Part shown: piece after piece, positions 10,434 through 23,000 of the stretch | How the letters are laid out: each line of letters starts with the position of its first letter | Numbering within the stretch: the stretch's first letter is position 1 | Virus record (IMG/VR): IMGVR_UViG_3300025675_000001 | DNA: 64,000 nucleotides | From: an uncultured virus (IMG/VR IMGVR_UViG_3300025675_000001) | Taxonomy: Duplodnaviria; Heunggongvirae; Uroviricota; Caudoviricetes; Schitoviridae | Direction: 5' to 3' (one strand) | Notes under the pieces: model-generated | Told to the model about the DNA's origin: nothing | Databases searched by the model: none | What the model saw: the letters and a program-made list of their open reading frames with translations, nothing else | Made by a program: the position numbers and the translations under genes

Positions 10434-11402
10434 ATGTCTGCAACACCCTCTGGTGCCGGTGAGCTTGCCAACGATCTACTCACCCTGTTGATCCAGACCA
10501 AGGATTTCTCGATACCGGATATCGACTTCACCGATCCCCGGTTCGAGCAGCCCGCTCTGGAGGGCGTCCTGCATGATCAGATCCCCAAACTCTCCCTCGA
10601 CGACCTGACGACGGGAGAGGTCAATGGCACGGGTGCCTTTGACCGGCTGATGACCAGCATGGTGCATCACCTGAAGGTCGAGTACGAAGCCAACCGGATC
10701 TCCGGGGCCGAGTACACCAAGGCTTATATCGGCGTGATCGGGCATGTGCTGCAGACCGCCAACCAGTTTCTCCTCACCAAGGACACGGCCTATTGGCAGG
10801 CTCTCCTGGTTCAGATGCAGGCCCGGGCTGCCGAGACACAGGCCGTGCAGGCCAGGCTCGAACTGGAAACCGCCCGTCTGGCGCTGGCCAAGGCGCAATA
10901 CGATGCGGCCACCTCCGAGGCCCAGTATGCCCTGACCAAGATCAAGATCTCGACCGAGGATGCGACCTACGGCAACCTGGTCAAGCAGGGTGAAGGCCTC
11001 GACTTCACCAACCAGTACATCATGCCGGCCCAGAAGACGGGTCTCGATCGCACCAATGCGAACCTGCTCTCGGAAGGCGTGGGGATCGATTACACCAATG
11101 CCAACATCCTGCCCCGGCAGGGTGAACTGCTCAAGGAGCAGATGGAGGCAACCCGGGCACAGACGCAGGACTGGCGTCTCGACGGTCAAGAGGTGGTGGG
11201 TTCGATCGGCAAGCAGAAGGATCTCTACGCCCAGCAGATCATCTCGTATCAGCGGGATGCCGAGACCAAGGCGGCCAAGATCTTCTCCGATGCCTGGATC
11301 ACCCAGAAGACCATCGACGAGGGGCTCCTGGCGCCGAACCAGTTCACCAACAACCAGATCGACAGCATCCTGGTGGCGCTGCGCGGCAACCTGAACATCT
11401 GA
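10434..11402 (+). CDS. Virion structural protein (N4 gp54-like)
   Basis: GTGAFDRLM, RISGAEY and KIFSDAWITQKT motifs; synteny. Confidence 0.8.
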   Translation: MSATPSGAGELANDLLTLLIQTKDFSIPDIDFTDPRFEQPALEGVLHDQIPKLSLDDLTTGEVNGTGAFDRLMTSMVHHLKVEYEANRISGAEYTKAYIGVIGHVLQTANQFLLTKDTAYWQALLVQMQARAAETQAVQARLELETARLALAKAQYDAATSEAQYALTKIKISTEDATYGNLVKQGEGLDFTNQYIMPAQKTGLDRTNANLLSEGVGIDYTNANILPRQGELLKEQMEATRAQTQDWRLDGQEVVGSIGKQKDLYAQQIISYQRDAETKAAKIFSDAWITQKTIDEGLLAPNQFTNNQIDSILVALRGNLNI

Positions 11403-11432
11403 TCCAGACCCGCAAGGGAAAGGGGCCTGTGC

Positions 11433-14219
11433 ATGAGCGTCATCATCACCGTCCAATCGGTGGTCTACAATCTTGCCGGCGACGAGATCGATCGGATCCA
11501 TTACCTGCGCTCTCTGGTGATGCGCAACGTGTTGTCTGGTACCAAGGACACGATCGCCGACACCCTGCGCAACGGCTACCTGAACGGGCCCGGGATCCAG
11601 ATGCGCAGCTTCTACCGCTGGGCCGACAACCCGGATCATTTCGGATCCATCGGGATGCCGTCCGGCAAGATGGAAGTGCTGGGGGATGTCGATACAACGG
11701 CCATTGCGGCCCACATCTCCTCGCCCCCGGGAACCAGTGTCTGGGTGCAGAATGCCAGAGCCGGTTACGCCGATCTGTTGATGTGGGCCAAGCGCTGGAT
11801 TTATGCCAACCGACCCGATGACGCTGATGGTGACTGGGAAGTCGATTACGACGCCGAGACCCAGATCCTGACCATCACCTTCGATCCCGAAGATCCGGCC
11901 GATCCGCTCAATGAGAACTGGGTGCCGACCGATATCCAGCAGATCGTGCTGACGGATTTCGATCCGGACCTGGTCTACATCTACGCCTTCTACACGATCG
12001 TCACCGGGGAGCAGTTCGGACCCTACGAGGAAGGGGATCGTATCGTTCTGGATCCAGGCGAAGCGTTTCCCTCCACCTCAGGCTGGGAAGAAAACGGCCT
12101 GTGGTCCGACACACCGTCTGTCTCTCTGGATCGGCATGAGCGCGATACCACCACGATCACCTACAGCTATTCCGATGGCCGACCGGACGATGTCGTCACC
12201 ACCGTCGGGGACTGGACCACGACCACGTCGCAGACCACCACCACCCATCTCGACAACTGGTACAAGAAGACGACCAACACCTCGAGCGGCAACAGCATCA
12301 CCCGCCTGCACGAGCATATGAACCAGATCCAGAACCACACGATCAACAGCGTCTCCTCGGAAACGACGAGCACCACGACCGAGGAGACCACCTGGAACGA
12401 CGGGACCGAGACGGATCCGGTCTGGGTCACGATGACGACCACGACCGAAACCACGACGGAGATCTGGCAGGACGAGATCGAGGTCACACGGGAATATCAG
12501 ATCGATACGCAGACCGAGACCATCCGGGCTTACAGCGATACCCTGCTGATGATCTACCAGATCGGTTCCGGGAATGCTGCTCTCGACACCGTGGTGACAC
12601 AGGGCGCGGATTACAAGGAATTCTTCCCGGTGATCCCGGTGCGGATCAACAACACCTTTCTGTCGGAGAGCAACTGGCCGACCCAGTATGTCCAGGCCAA
12701 GAAGGCTTACAAGAAAGCCGTGGACGGGAATTTCGACAAGCTGGTCGATGCCCTGAAGGAGAACAAGAACATCAAGGAGATGGACTACGTGTTCATCAAG
12801 TTCGGGGTTGCCCTGAACGTGCTCGACAATTCCTGCCGGCGTTACATCTACACCTTCCTCGAGAAGATGATGGAAACCCAATCCGGGAGCCGGGCGGATT
12901 ACCTGGCCTGGAAGGTATGGCAGGAAGAGCAGCAAGAGCTCAAGGAAGCCTGGGACGAATGGTACTACAGCGGCAACCAGACGGATGAGTTTGGAAATGC
13001 GGTTCCCGGTCCGGATCCTGATCTGGATGAACCACCCCGTCCCGAGTTCAAGCCGATGCAGACCAACCAGTTGCGGGTCAAGGGCAAGGGATCGCTCGGC
13101 AAGCATTATGATACCCGGATCCAGTGGGTCTATGCCCACAAGGAAACCGGGACCGGCTTGGCCAAGACCGGTGCCAAGAAGGGTGAGGTCTGGATCCAGT
13201 ATGTCGGCACGGATACGTTTTCGGGCGGAAGCTACTTCGGTTCGGGCGGGAGTTTTGGTGGCGAGCAGCTGAGCCAGGAAAAGATCCGGGTCTACTGGCA
13301 GCACGATGAGGACAGCTACAGCTACATGGAGGTGATGGGGTTCACCCATCGCAATTACGTCTACCAGGGCCATGTCGTCAAGACGACGGCCAAGCAGGCC
13401 CTGGATTCCAGCGACGAATCCGGCTTCATCATTCCGCTGCATTACGACACCTGGCGGGCCTTCTCGCTGGTGGATGCTTCCCAGATGGCGACAGCCTCGA
13501 CCTTCCTCGTGGTGAACGCCTATCAGGTGCATATCCAGCCGAAGAAGAAACGCCGCTGGTGGCAGGTCTTCCTGGTGATCATCTTCGTGATCGTGGCCAT
13601 CGTGTTCACGGGCGGCGGGCTTCTGGGTGCCAATCTGGCTCTGGGTCAGTCCCTGGGTTTCACCGGCATGTCGGCAACGCTGGTCGGGGCCATTGCCAAC
13701 ACCATGGCGGCCCTGGTGGTCTCGACCATTGTCGGCAAGCTCGCCGAAAGCATGGGACCGATCGGCAAGATCCTGGGTGCGCTTCTGATGATCGCCATCG
13801 GCGCCGTGGCTTCGGCCTTTTCGGCCGGTGGCAACATGGCCATCAACTGGAGCCAGATCTTCTCGCCGGAGAACCTCCTGCGCATGACGGATGCCGTGCT
13901 GGGTGCCATCATGGAGAGCAAGCACAACAAGATCGTCAACGAGATCTCGAGTATCCAGCAACAGATGCAGGATTATGCTAAAAATGTTGAGCGAGAATCA
14001 GCGAAAATTCAACAAGCATTTTTAGAAAAATTCGGCTATGGTAGCGCCCTGATTGATCCCATGATGTTCGTGGATTCCACGAACCATCTGATCAACGAAA
14101 GCCGCGATACGTTCCTCACCCGGACCTTGATGACCGGAAGCGACATCGCCGAGCTGTCCAACGAACTGCTTTCCGGCTTCACAGACCACACGCTGAAACT
14201 CCCGGATGCGTTTACCTGA
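11433..14219 (+). CDS. Virion structural protein (N4 gp53-like)
   Basis: 928 aa with FFPVIPVR, ESGFIIPL, a hydrophobic C-terminal region and ESRDTFLTRTL; synteny. Confidence 0.75.
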   Translation: MSVIITVQSVVYNLAGDEIDRIHYLRSLVMRNVLSGTKDTIADTLRNGYLNGPGIQMRSFYRWADNPDHFGSIGMPSGKMEVLGDVDTTAIAAHISSPPGTSVWVQNARAGYADLLMWAKRWIYANRPDDADGDWEVDYDAETQILTITFDPEDPADPLNENWVPTDIQQIVLTDFDPDLVYIYAFYTIVTGEQFGPYEEGDRIVLDPGEAFPSTSGWEENGLWSDTPSVSLDRHERDTTTITYSYSDGRPDDVVTTVGDWTTTTSQTTTTHLDNWYKKTTNTSSGNSITRLHEHMNQIQNHTINSVSSETTSTTTEETTWNDGTETDPVWVTMTTTTETTTEIWQDEIEVTREYQIDTQTETIRAYSDTLLMIYQIGSGNAALDTVVTQGADYKEFFPVIPVRINNTFLSESNWPTQYVQAKKAYKKAVDGNFDKLVDALKENKNIKEMDYVFIKFGVALNVLDNSCRRYIYTFLEKMMETQSGSRADYLAWKVWQEEQQELKEAWDEWYYSGNQTDEFGNAVPGPDPDLDEPPRPEFKPMQTNQLRVKGKGSLGKHYDTRIQWVYAHKETGTGLAKTGAKKGEVWIQYVGTDTFSGGSYFGSGGSFGGEQLSQEKIRVYWQHDEDSYSYMEVMGFTHRNYVYQGHVVKTTAKQALDSSDESGFIIPLHYDTWRAFSLVDASQMATASTFLVVNAYQVHIQPKKKRRWWQVFLVIIFVIVAIVFTGGGLLGANLALGQSLGFTGMSATLVGAIANTMAALVVSTIVGKLAESMGPIGKILGALLMIAIGAVASAFSAGGNMAINWSQIFSPENLLRMTDAVLGAIMESKHNKIVNEISSIQQQMQDYAKNVERESAKIQQAFLEKFGYGSALIDPMMFVDSTNHLINESRDTFLTRTLMTGSDIAELSNELLSGFTDHTLKLPDAFT

Positions 14220-14230
14220 TCATAGGTGAG

Positions 14231-14767
14231 ATGATGAGCACAATGCAGTGGCCCCAAAACTGGTCTTCGGGTTTGACCCAGACATCGATGCCTTCGCTTG
14301 GCGCACAGAATCCGATCGGGAGTGCCATCCGAACACAGCAGAGCTCCAACAGCTGGGGTCTTGATAGTTCGGCTTCCAATCCCACCGGGATCGGACATTT
14401 CGGCAGCCAGATCGGCCAACCCATGAACATCCATGGGTTCAAGGCGGCAGGTGCTCAAGGTTCGGGCTCTGGTTCCGGGTTTGGCTTGAATCAGGGCACA
14501 GGGCAGCTGGTGCTCGGCGGCCTGCAGCTTCTGGGCAATCTCTGGGGAGCGTTCCAGGCCAACAAGATCGCCAAGCAACAGCTGGCTTTCGCCCGGGAAC
14601 AGTTCGCCTTCCAGAAGGAATTCGCCCAGCAGAACATGGCCAATCAGATCCAGAGCTACAACACCACGCTCGAGGATCGGAGCTATTCCCGGGCGCATAC
14701 CCAGAACCAGGATCCGAGCACGGCCGAGACCTATATCGAGAAGCACCGTCTTCCCGAAAAGCGCTGA
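14231..14767 (+). CDS. Ejection protein (N4 gp52-like)
   Basis: G/S/Q-rich, NQIQSYNTTLEDR motif, no Cys seen; synteny. Confidence 0.75.
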   Translation: MMSTMQWPQNWSSGLTQTSMPSLGAQNPIGSAIRTQQSSNSWGLDSSASNPTGIGHFGSQIGQPMNIHGFKAAGAQGSGSGSGFGLNQGTGQLVLGGLQLLGNLWGAFQANKIAKQQLAFAREQFAFQKEFAQQNMANQIQSYNTTLEDRSYSRAHTQNQDPSTAETYIEKHRLPEKR

Positions 14768-14780
14768 AGAGGAATGAACC

Positions 14781-16901
14781 ATGGCTCCGCTGACCTGGCG
14801 TGAAGTTGCCGCCCCAAATTTCGCCGGTATTTCCACAGCCGGTGCCCTGCAGGCCACGCAGACTGCCTCGACCTTGTTGAACCGAGGTTTCGAAGGCATG
14901 GGCTCGGCTTTGGAAAAGTTCGGTGAGCATCGTCAAAAGGCCACAGACCAGGAATTCCTGGCGGAACTGGCCGGTGTGACGGATGCCGATGCGCTTGGTG
15001 CCAAGCTCCAGGGAGGTGTTCCGGCGAACGTCTCCGCTGGTGCGCTGGAATTTGCCATGGGCCGGCAGGGTGATCTGTTGGTCAATGACACCCGTCGTCA
15101 TCAGAACACGGGTCTGGCCCAGAAGAACCAGCAGAACCAGTGGACCTTCGAACAGACCCAGGCTTTCGAAGCGGCCCGGCCTGCCGCCGTGCAACGGGCA
15201 ACTGATATCCGATCGCTCGCCATGCAGGGCACGCCGGAATCGATCCAGGAGGCCAATCGGCTCATGGCCGAGAGCGCCGACATCTTTGCGGCAGCGGGCT
15301 GGCAGCCGACGGATGCCACAGACTTCATCAACGGCAATGCCTCGACCAGCGCCACAGGCATGGCCCAACAGAATGCCTTCTCGGCGATCGAGGATAACCG
15401 GCTTGACCGGGAACAAAGGGATGAGGCCCAGATCCTGTGGCAAGACGTGGCCGCAATCGGCACCTCGCCGGAACAGATGGCGGAGGCTGTGCGTGCCAGT
15501 GGTGCGCCGCTGCCCGTGCAGCTTTCCGTTCTGGATCAGATCGAACAGCATGGTGAGGCCGTTCTTGGTCCGGCGCCTGATGCCGAGCGTCAGGTTCTCG
15601 ACATGGAGATCGAGGAGTACCGCCAGAATGCGCAGGAAGCGCTGAATGTGGCGGATCCTGTCGAAGCCGTGGTGAACCAGATCATCGGGATCGAGAGCAG
15701 CTGGGATCCCAATGCCCAGAATGGTCTGTCTTCGGCGGGTGGTCTGGGTGGTTTCATCAACAGCACCTGGATCGATATGGTCAAGCGTCACCGTCCGGAT
15801 CTCGCCGCAGGCAAGACGGATACGCAGATCATCTCCTACAAGATGAACCCGGAACTCGCCCGGGAAATGACCCGGGCCTACACCACAGAAAATGCTCAGA
15901 CCCTGGAGCGTAACGGTCTGCAGGTGACACCGGGCAACCTCTATCTGTCGCACCATTTCGGGTCTGGTGGAGCTCAAACCATCCTGACGGCATCCGATGA
16001 CACGCCGCTCAGTGATAGGCTTCTTGGTAAGGGTGTCATGGAAGCCAATCCGCATCTGGCCGGCAAGAATGTCGGCTGGGTGAAGAGCTGGGCGCACCAG
16101 AAGATGACGGGTGGATCCGGCCGTCCGGGTCAGAACACATCCCAGCAGCGGGCGAACCAGGCGATCGAGCACGCCCGTTCGGTCTCCCACGAGAACATGA
16201 GCGCCCAGGATCAGCGCAGCATTCTCGATGCGACCACTGCCTTGAACAGTCGCAGCAACACCCTGATGGACATGGGTGTCACCGACGAGATGTTCAACGA
16301 AACAGCACCCATGCTGACGGAACTGATCGAGCGTCCGAACGAGCGGCTGATGCCACAGGAGATGGCGCGCAAACTCCAGGAAGAGATCGGCGAGGATGAA
16401 GCCGGTCTGTCGATCCCGCAAATGACCGCCGCAATCAATCAGGCAGCGGATCATTATAAGGTGGCGCCGGATATCGCCGCTGCCCTGATCAAACATGCCG
16501 TGACGAAAACCAGCTGGGGCTGGGGTTGGTGGGAGAACCTCAAGGGCTCCGGTGGTCAGATGCGGATCGATGATGATCGCATGGCGGCCCATTTCAGGAA
16601 ATTCGTGGATCCGACCAACCCGGTCAATCGGATGCAGCCAACGCTGGAGCAGTTCGAACAACTGCGTTTCCGTCAGGCCGGGACCGAACAGATCGCAAGG
16701 CTGACGCAAGAGCTGGAAGAGGCCAAGGACGAGCATTTCCGGGCACAGCAGCTGGCCAAGCGCAATCCAAATGCCGACGTGGATACGCAGGGTCCATTGC
16801 TGCGTCTCCAGGCTCTGATGACAAAGCTGCAGAACACGACTGGCGAATTGGAAAACCATCCTCTCTGGACGGCGCATTCCCGGTCCCGAACGAATAACTG
16901 A
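14781..16901 (+). CDS. Ejection protein (N4 gp51 position) with lytic transglycosylase-like domain
   Basis: Starts MAPLTWREVAAP; internal IIGIESS...SSAGGLGGFINSTW...LYLSHHFG SLT-like motifs. Confidence 0.75.
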   Translation: MAPLTWREVAAPNFAGISTAGALQATQTASTLLNRGFEGMGSALEKFGEHRQKATDQEFLAELAGVTDADALGAKLQGGVPANVSAGALEFAMGRQGDLLVNDTRRHQNTGLAQKNQQNQWTFEQTQAFEAARPAAVQRATDIRSLAMQGTPESIQEANRLMAESADIFAAAGWQPTDATDFINGNASTSATGMAQQNAFSAIEDNRLDREQRDEAQILWQDVAAIGTSPEQMAEAVRASGAPLPVQLSVLDQIEQHGEAVLGPAPDAERQVLDMEIEEYRQNAQEALNVADPVEAVVNQIIGIESSWDPNAQNGLSSAGGLGGFINSTWIDMVKRHRPDLAAGKTDTQIISYKMNPELAREMTRAYTTENAQTLERNGLQVTPGNLYLSHHFGSGGAQTILTASDDTPLSDRLLGKGVMEANPHLAGKNVGWVKSWAHQKMTGGSGRPGQNTSQQRANQAIEHARSVSHENMSAQDQRSILDATTALNSRSNTLMDMGVTDEMFNETAPMLTELIERPNERLMPQEMARKLQEEIGEDEAGLSIPQMTAAINQAADHYKVAPDIAAALIKHAVTKTSWGWGWWENLKGSGGQMRIDDDRMAAHFRKFVDPTNPVNRMQPTLEQFEQLRFRQAGTEQIARLTQELEEAKDEHFRAQQLAKRNPNADVDTQGPLLRLQALMTKLQNTTGELENHPLWTAHSRSRTNN

Positions 16902-16954
16902 TCCGGCACATAATCCCGGGGGATTTTCTCCTGGTATTAACCTGATTTTCGAAT

Positions 16955-16990
16955 AAGATGGGGGCTGAAAATCGGCCCCCATCTTCTTTG
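16955..16990 (+). terminator. Intrinsic terminator upstream of vRNAP
   Basis: AAGATGGGGGCTGA-AAA-TCGGCCCCCATCTT then CTTTG. Confidence 0.65.
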
Positions 16991-17006
16991 ATAATCAGGA
17001 ACGATA

Positions 17007-20000
17007 ATGTTCGATATCCTCGATCCGTCAACGTGGTCGTTTCCCGCATTGTCAGGAAGGGCCGAAGGCAAACCCCGCCAGGGATTTTCTTCTCCTCTGG
17101 ATCCCCGTCCGAATTACGAGACCACCCCTCGTGAACAGCCGGCATCTTCGGGATCTGCGGAAGTACCGCTTGGACCCCAGCTCTCTCCTGCCGAACAGCT
17201 GAAGCATGATCTGGCGCAGATCCGGGCTGCGAATGCGGATCCTGATACCCTGGCTCTGTTCACGGTCTCGCAAGACCGCGGCAATTCGCTGACGGCCAAC
17301 AACCAGGTCTTGGCGGATTACCGGGGCATGACGCCTCTTCAGTTCCAGGACAAATACGGGCAGCGTGTCTACCAGGAAATGGTGTCGATCGGGATTGGTG
17401 GTCACCATGTGCGTGATCTGGCAGCATCCGATCGGGGCACGTCCGAGCATGTGAAGGATTCCACGCTGGATGTGCTTGGAGGTCTGACCCAGGGTGCCAT
17501 CGGTCTGCAAGCCATGCACGATCAGATGGTGCCGGATGCCTTCGGCGGTGACTGGCTACGTTTGCGCACAGCCCGGAATGCCCAGGTTGCCCGGGAGACC
17601 CTGCAAGGCAACCAGAGCCGGGAGCTCAATCGTCTGCGCTATGTCGATGGGCTGCGCACGGAACTCGACCGGATCGACAACGAGCGTCTGTTCGAGCAGG
17701 ATCGGTCCGATGATGAAGGGCTGATCGACACCCTCGAATCCTATGGACAGAATATTCTGCGCGATGCCGGTGCCGGCATGAACCGCTGGTGGGAAGAACC
17801 GGCCATGCTCGGTTCAGCCACGGGCGAGGGTGTGGGCACATTGGTTCTGGGTGGCCCGGTGGCACGCACAGCGTCAGTCGGCGCTCAGGCGGCGAATAGG
17901 GCCATCACCCGAGGTCTGACGGGACGAGCTGCCATACCCACGGCCGCCCGGGCTGTCGATGATGCCATTGCCAAGGCAGCGTTCCCGCTGACCATTGCCG
18001 GCATGGAAGGTGGTTCGGCGTCGAACGAGGCCATCAATGAAGTCATGAACATGCCGGAGGCTGAACTCGCCCAGAGCGAGGAATATCAGCGCCTTCTGGC
18101 TCAGAACCTGACGCCACAGGAAGCCCGGGAGAAGCTGGCTCTGGAAGCCGGTTCGATCGCTCTGGCGGTCACGGCACCGGTTGCCGGTGCCACAGGCAAG
18201 CTGGTGCAGCGTTTCGAGATGAATCCCTTGTCCCGCACATCGCCGGGCGGTCTGTTGAGCAACATGGCCCGGGAAGGTGTCGAGGAAACGATCCAGTCCG
18301 GCGCCAGTCAGACGGGTGTCAATCTCGGTGTCCAGATCTCGGGCGCCGATCCTGATCGCAGGGCGACCGAAAGTGTTGGTTCGGCTGCGGCCCAAGGTGG
18401 TCTGGCCGGCAGCATGACGCCCGTGGCGACACAGGGACCGCTGCTTGCCATCGAGCAGGCCGCCAAGGCAGCCGGTGTCACGTTGATGGCGCCCATCAAG
18501 GCGCTCTCCCGTCGCCGGGATCGGATTGTCGGCGAGGTTCAACAGGAATCCACCGTCAATCCGGACACGCTGCGGCCTGCCATGAAGGCGGCTGCCGATG
18601 CGGCCGAGAGTGTGGCACAGGGTGTTCAGACCCTGGCCAGCGAGGCACAGGTTGATCCGAACCAGGTGGAAACCTTTGTGGCCAATCTGGTTCAGGCCTC
18701 GCAGACCCGTCAGGAAGATCTCGAGGATCTGCCTGATGCCGTGGGCGCCCAGCTTGTCACCATGCGTGATGAACTGGGTCGGGTGCCTGACCGGTTCGAG
18801 GTTCTGCTCGCTGTCGCGGGAGAGGCCATGAACGAGACGGCGGCGCCTCTGGATCGGGCTGCGGCAGCGGCTTTCCTGATCAAGCATGTCGAGAACAACC
18901 GTTCACTCTTCTCGGAAGCCCTGCCGGAATTCCTCGACAATGTCCCCGAGGACCGAGCGGAATATCAGGCCTTCCAGCGTTATGCCAAGATCCTGACCAG
19001 GGTCGAGCAGGTGCCTCAGATCCAGCAGGCCATGAAGTGGGCCCGGGAGAGCATGCAGCTCCCCGAGGTGGATTTCGTGAACCTGGATTTCGCCTCGGCG
19101 GAGGGACAGAGCCAGGCCCAGCGCATGGTGCGGGACACGGTCAATGTGGCCGCTGTGGCGCCTCAGGCCGTGCCTCTGGAAACGGCAGAACAGATCCTGA
19201 TGCAGGCCGATGAGGGCAATGTCACGCTCTCCACGCAACAGCGTCAGATCCTGCAATCCACCCGGGATCTGCTCAATGCAGCCCGGATCCATGCCTTGCA
19301 GAACCGGGCCATCGACGATCTGCAGGAATGGCGGGAAGCCCGGGCCGATGTCGATCGTGAGATGAACCAGGATGATCTGCAGGCGCTGCATGCAGACATG
19401 ATCAAGGTCATCACCGATCAGATCGAAACGAGCGGTGGCCCCAGCCGGACACAGCTTTCCCTGCGTGATCATGTCGCCGGGATCAGCCACGCCGTCCAGA
19501 AGGGTGACATGGATCTGGCGAAGGTCCGGGCCCAGCACCTGCACAAGTTTGCCCAGTCCCACATCAACAAGGTTGCGGCGGCCAATGAATCGACCCGACG
19601 GGGCGATAACAAGAACGTGCCTTATCAGGCCTACAATCCAACCGACGATGTCTTCTATGAAAGCCGGAAGGGCTGGGGCGTCAATGTCGGCAATGCCGGA
19701 TCCGAACGGGCTACCCGGTCGGTGTTCAATGATGCCGTGGCCGTGGCCCGTCTGGCCAGTGATGTCGCCCGGAACTTCCCTGAATTCGGTCTGCGGGAAC
19801 TCACCGTTCCGGAACTGCTGATCGATGCACCCACAGATGTGGGTTCACAGGTTCCTGTGGATGAGGTGAAAGAAAAGGGAAGCTCGACCCCTGAGACCGA
19901 CACCCAACCCCAGGCTACCACGTCCAGGGACGATGTCGGATCACAGGAGGAGCTTCCCCCTTCACAGTCTCAACCCGTTTCCGAGGCCCAAGTCAAGGAG

Positions 20001-23000
20001 ACCGAGACCCCGGCGCCGCAAATCGAGACTGTCCAAGAGACCCAGGTTGAACCAGAAGGTGAAACCCAGGTCGAGACACAAGCCGAAGCACCCCTCTCGC
20101 GGGAAGAGGTGCAGGACACTGTTGAGCAGGCGATCGACGAAGCGATCGAGGAACGTCTTGGTCCGGCAGTCGAGCCCATCCTCGAGCTCGAACCGGTCAC
20201 GGAAGTCGCCGCCGAACTGGTCGAGCCCGAGACGGTCACCCCGCTCGATGAAGCGCCCAGCTCTGAATTCTACGAGCCGCCGACGATCCAGGAGGTGTTT
20301 TCCTCTCTGGCTCGGCCGGCAGGCACCAACTGGTTCCACAAGGCTTTCCGGCTGCCCAAGAAGATGAAGTCCCGGATGCAGGAACTGTTCGAACCGCTGC
20401 GGGATCTCTACGAGATGCTCGGACGCTCCCAGTCCCTGTTCAGCTTCATGGGCAACAAGACGCTGCCTTACGATGTGACGGGAGAAGATGCGGCGAACGT
20501 GCGCAGGCTTCTGGTTCTGGGCAACAACGTGCTCGGTCAGATGAAGATCCGGTTGCGGGACAAGGTCACCAAGGACGGCCTGTTACAGAAACTCGAGAAC
20601 GGCGAGGATCTCCTGCGCTTCCGGGATCTGCGGGTTATCAACCTTCTGGATCGCACGGAACGGGGCTATCGCTACAACCAGCGTCTGGTCGAGACCGCGG
20701 TGATGGCGGGTCTCGACTGGGCGGTCAATCTGTCCAACCGGGAGAAACCGGTGACCGCACAGGAATTGGCCGAGATCCTGGGCATGGATGAAGCGGATGC
20801 CGCCCAGTATGTGAGCGAGTTCAACAAGGGCATGTCTCTCGACATGGCCAAGCGGAGCCTGGCACAACATATTGTGAAGTTCTGGGGTTTGGAGACAAAT
20901 CGGGATGCCAGGGCTGCTTATGCCAAGGGAATCGGCGAAGCCATCGCTGCCGAGGTGCTGCATGGTCTCGACCATGTTGGCCTGGTCGAGCTGCGCATCA
21001 AGAAAGCCGATGCCGATCTGCGGCTGACGATTCCGGGGATCACGGACAAGAGCTTCAACCGGGTCTGGTTCGATACCCGGCCCCAGGAGATCCAGAACCT
21101 GATCCAGGCGCTGAACCCGGTTCATGATCTGCTCTCCGACATCGTGCTGATCGACAAGGAGATCGAGGGCTATGCCATCGGCTCACCGGTCACCGATGTG
21201 GACGATACCCAGCTGCGTAATCCCATGGTTCGCTTGTCGCGCAAGGCGAAGCGGGCCTTGGAGAATGCCCAGAAAACGCCTTATTTGCCGAACCACACGG
21301 TCTACGATTTCTATCAGGCCATCGGCGAGGAAGCCTATGTCACCTTGATGAGTGGCGCCCCTTACAGGAATGGCGATCTCACCAAGACCCACGAGGAGAT
21401 GGGTTACAACAAGGGGCACTGGGAATCGATCAAGGGCCGGCAGCGGGGTCTGGTGAACGATTTCCGCAATATCACCCGGCAGATGGAAGCCGTGCGCAAG
21501 CATGGGCGTGATGTCCCGACATTCTACAAGCACCACAACAACAAGCTCGGCCGGACCCAGATGGATGGACCGAGCAATCCGCAAACCTCGAAGACGGCCC
21601 GTGAGATCTTCATGCCGACCCGGGCCGTGCTCGATCTCTCCCAGGCGGAAGGTCCGGCTATGGATGCCTTCCTGATGACGATCGGGCAGGGGATTGGTCT
21701 GAAGACCGAGAAACTGACCCGGGCCGAAGTGGTCGAGGAGGTGACGACCCAGACCATGACGGAAGGCGGATCGCTTTTTCCTCTGGTTCAGGAGATGCAG
21801 GCCTGGCTGCGTGAACGCACGGCTGGTCGGGGTGTCGATCTGCCCCGATCGATCTTTGATCTGATGCTGGAAGCCCAGCTCTCCGATCATGGGCTGCATT
21901 CCCTGCTCTCCGTGGCACGCTATCTGAATGCCCGGGAAGACGGGGCTGATCTGAGCCAGTTCGAGACCTTCACCTATCTGGAAGCCGACGGCAAAACCAA
22001 TGGTCCGATCAATGCCCTGATGCTGCTCGGTCATGGCCCGATCACGGCAGAATGGTTGCGCATGGTGGCCAAGGGTGGTGCCTTCTTTGGCCGTCTCGGC
22101 AAGAGCCTGAACAGCCATGACGACAAGGCCGATCTCTATCAGGAGAGTGCGGTCGCCACCCAGACCAATGTCGTCGAACTGGGGGAATTCATGAAGGGCA
22201 CCAGTCCGGAAGCCCATGCCCAGTTCCTGACGTTCCAGCGTTTTCTTGCCGCGGTGAATGCCGATGTGCAGGTGAGCGAGGATGGCGAGATCGTGATCTC
22301 CCGTGGTCTGACCAAGAACCCGCTGACCATCACGATCTACGGCTCGGGCGCCAAGGGCATTGCCGGCAAGATCGCGGATGAACTGGCCACGGTGATCTAT
22401 GAGACCCTGACCGAATCGATCCGGAGCGAAAAGCCGGCCGGCGAACTGCTCTATGGCGAGGGAGAACACCGCAGCTTCATGCGTGATCTCCAGGACTTGG
22501 TGTCAAAGAGCGTTCACCAGAAGACGGGCGGCGAGTATTTCGTCAAGGAGCACAACAACCCCCTGAAGGGGGACGCCCAGAGTTTCGCCTTGACGCCGGC
22601 TCAGGCCAATGTCCTGCGGGCCAACGTGAAAACGTTCCTGGTTGATCCGATGCGGGCAGCGATCGACACGACGGTGATGGGGCATGTCGCCAGCGTCACG
22701 AGCCGGGTTCAGAAGGCCACCCAGATCCAGTCGATCATCCTGAAGGGGATGTTCATCACCGAGGTGACGAAACGTCTGGCCAAGATGAAGGCCAATCCGG
22801 ATGCCTATGAATATCGCAATGGAGACTTCCTCTCGGAGAAAGAGCTCGACGAGATCCGCAACGATCTGATGCGGCTTTCGCCTGTGATCGATACCGGCAC
22901 GCAGGGTTATATGCTCTCGGGCGGCGAGACCTCGAACCTGTTTGACAAGACCACGGTGCAGATCGACGGCCAGCCTGTCGAGGTCACCATGCCGAGGGAT

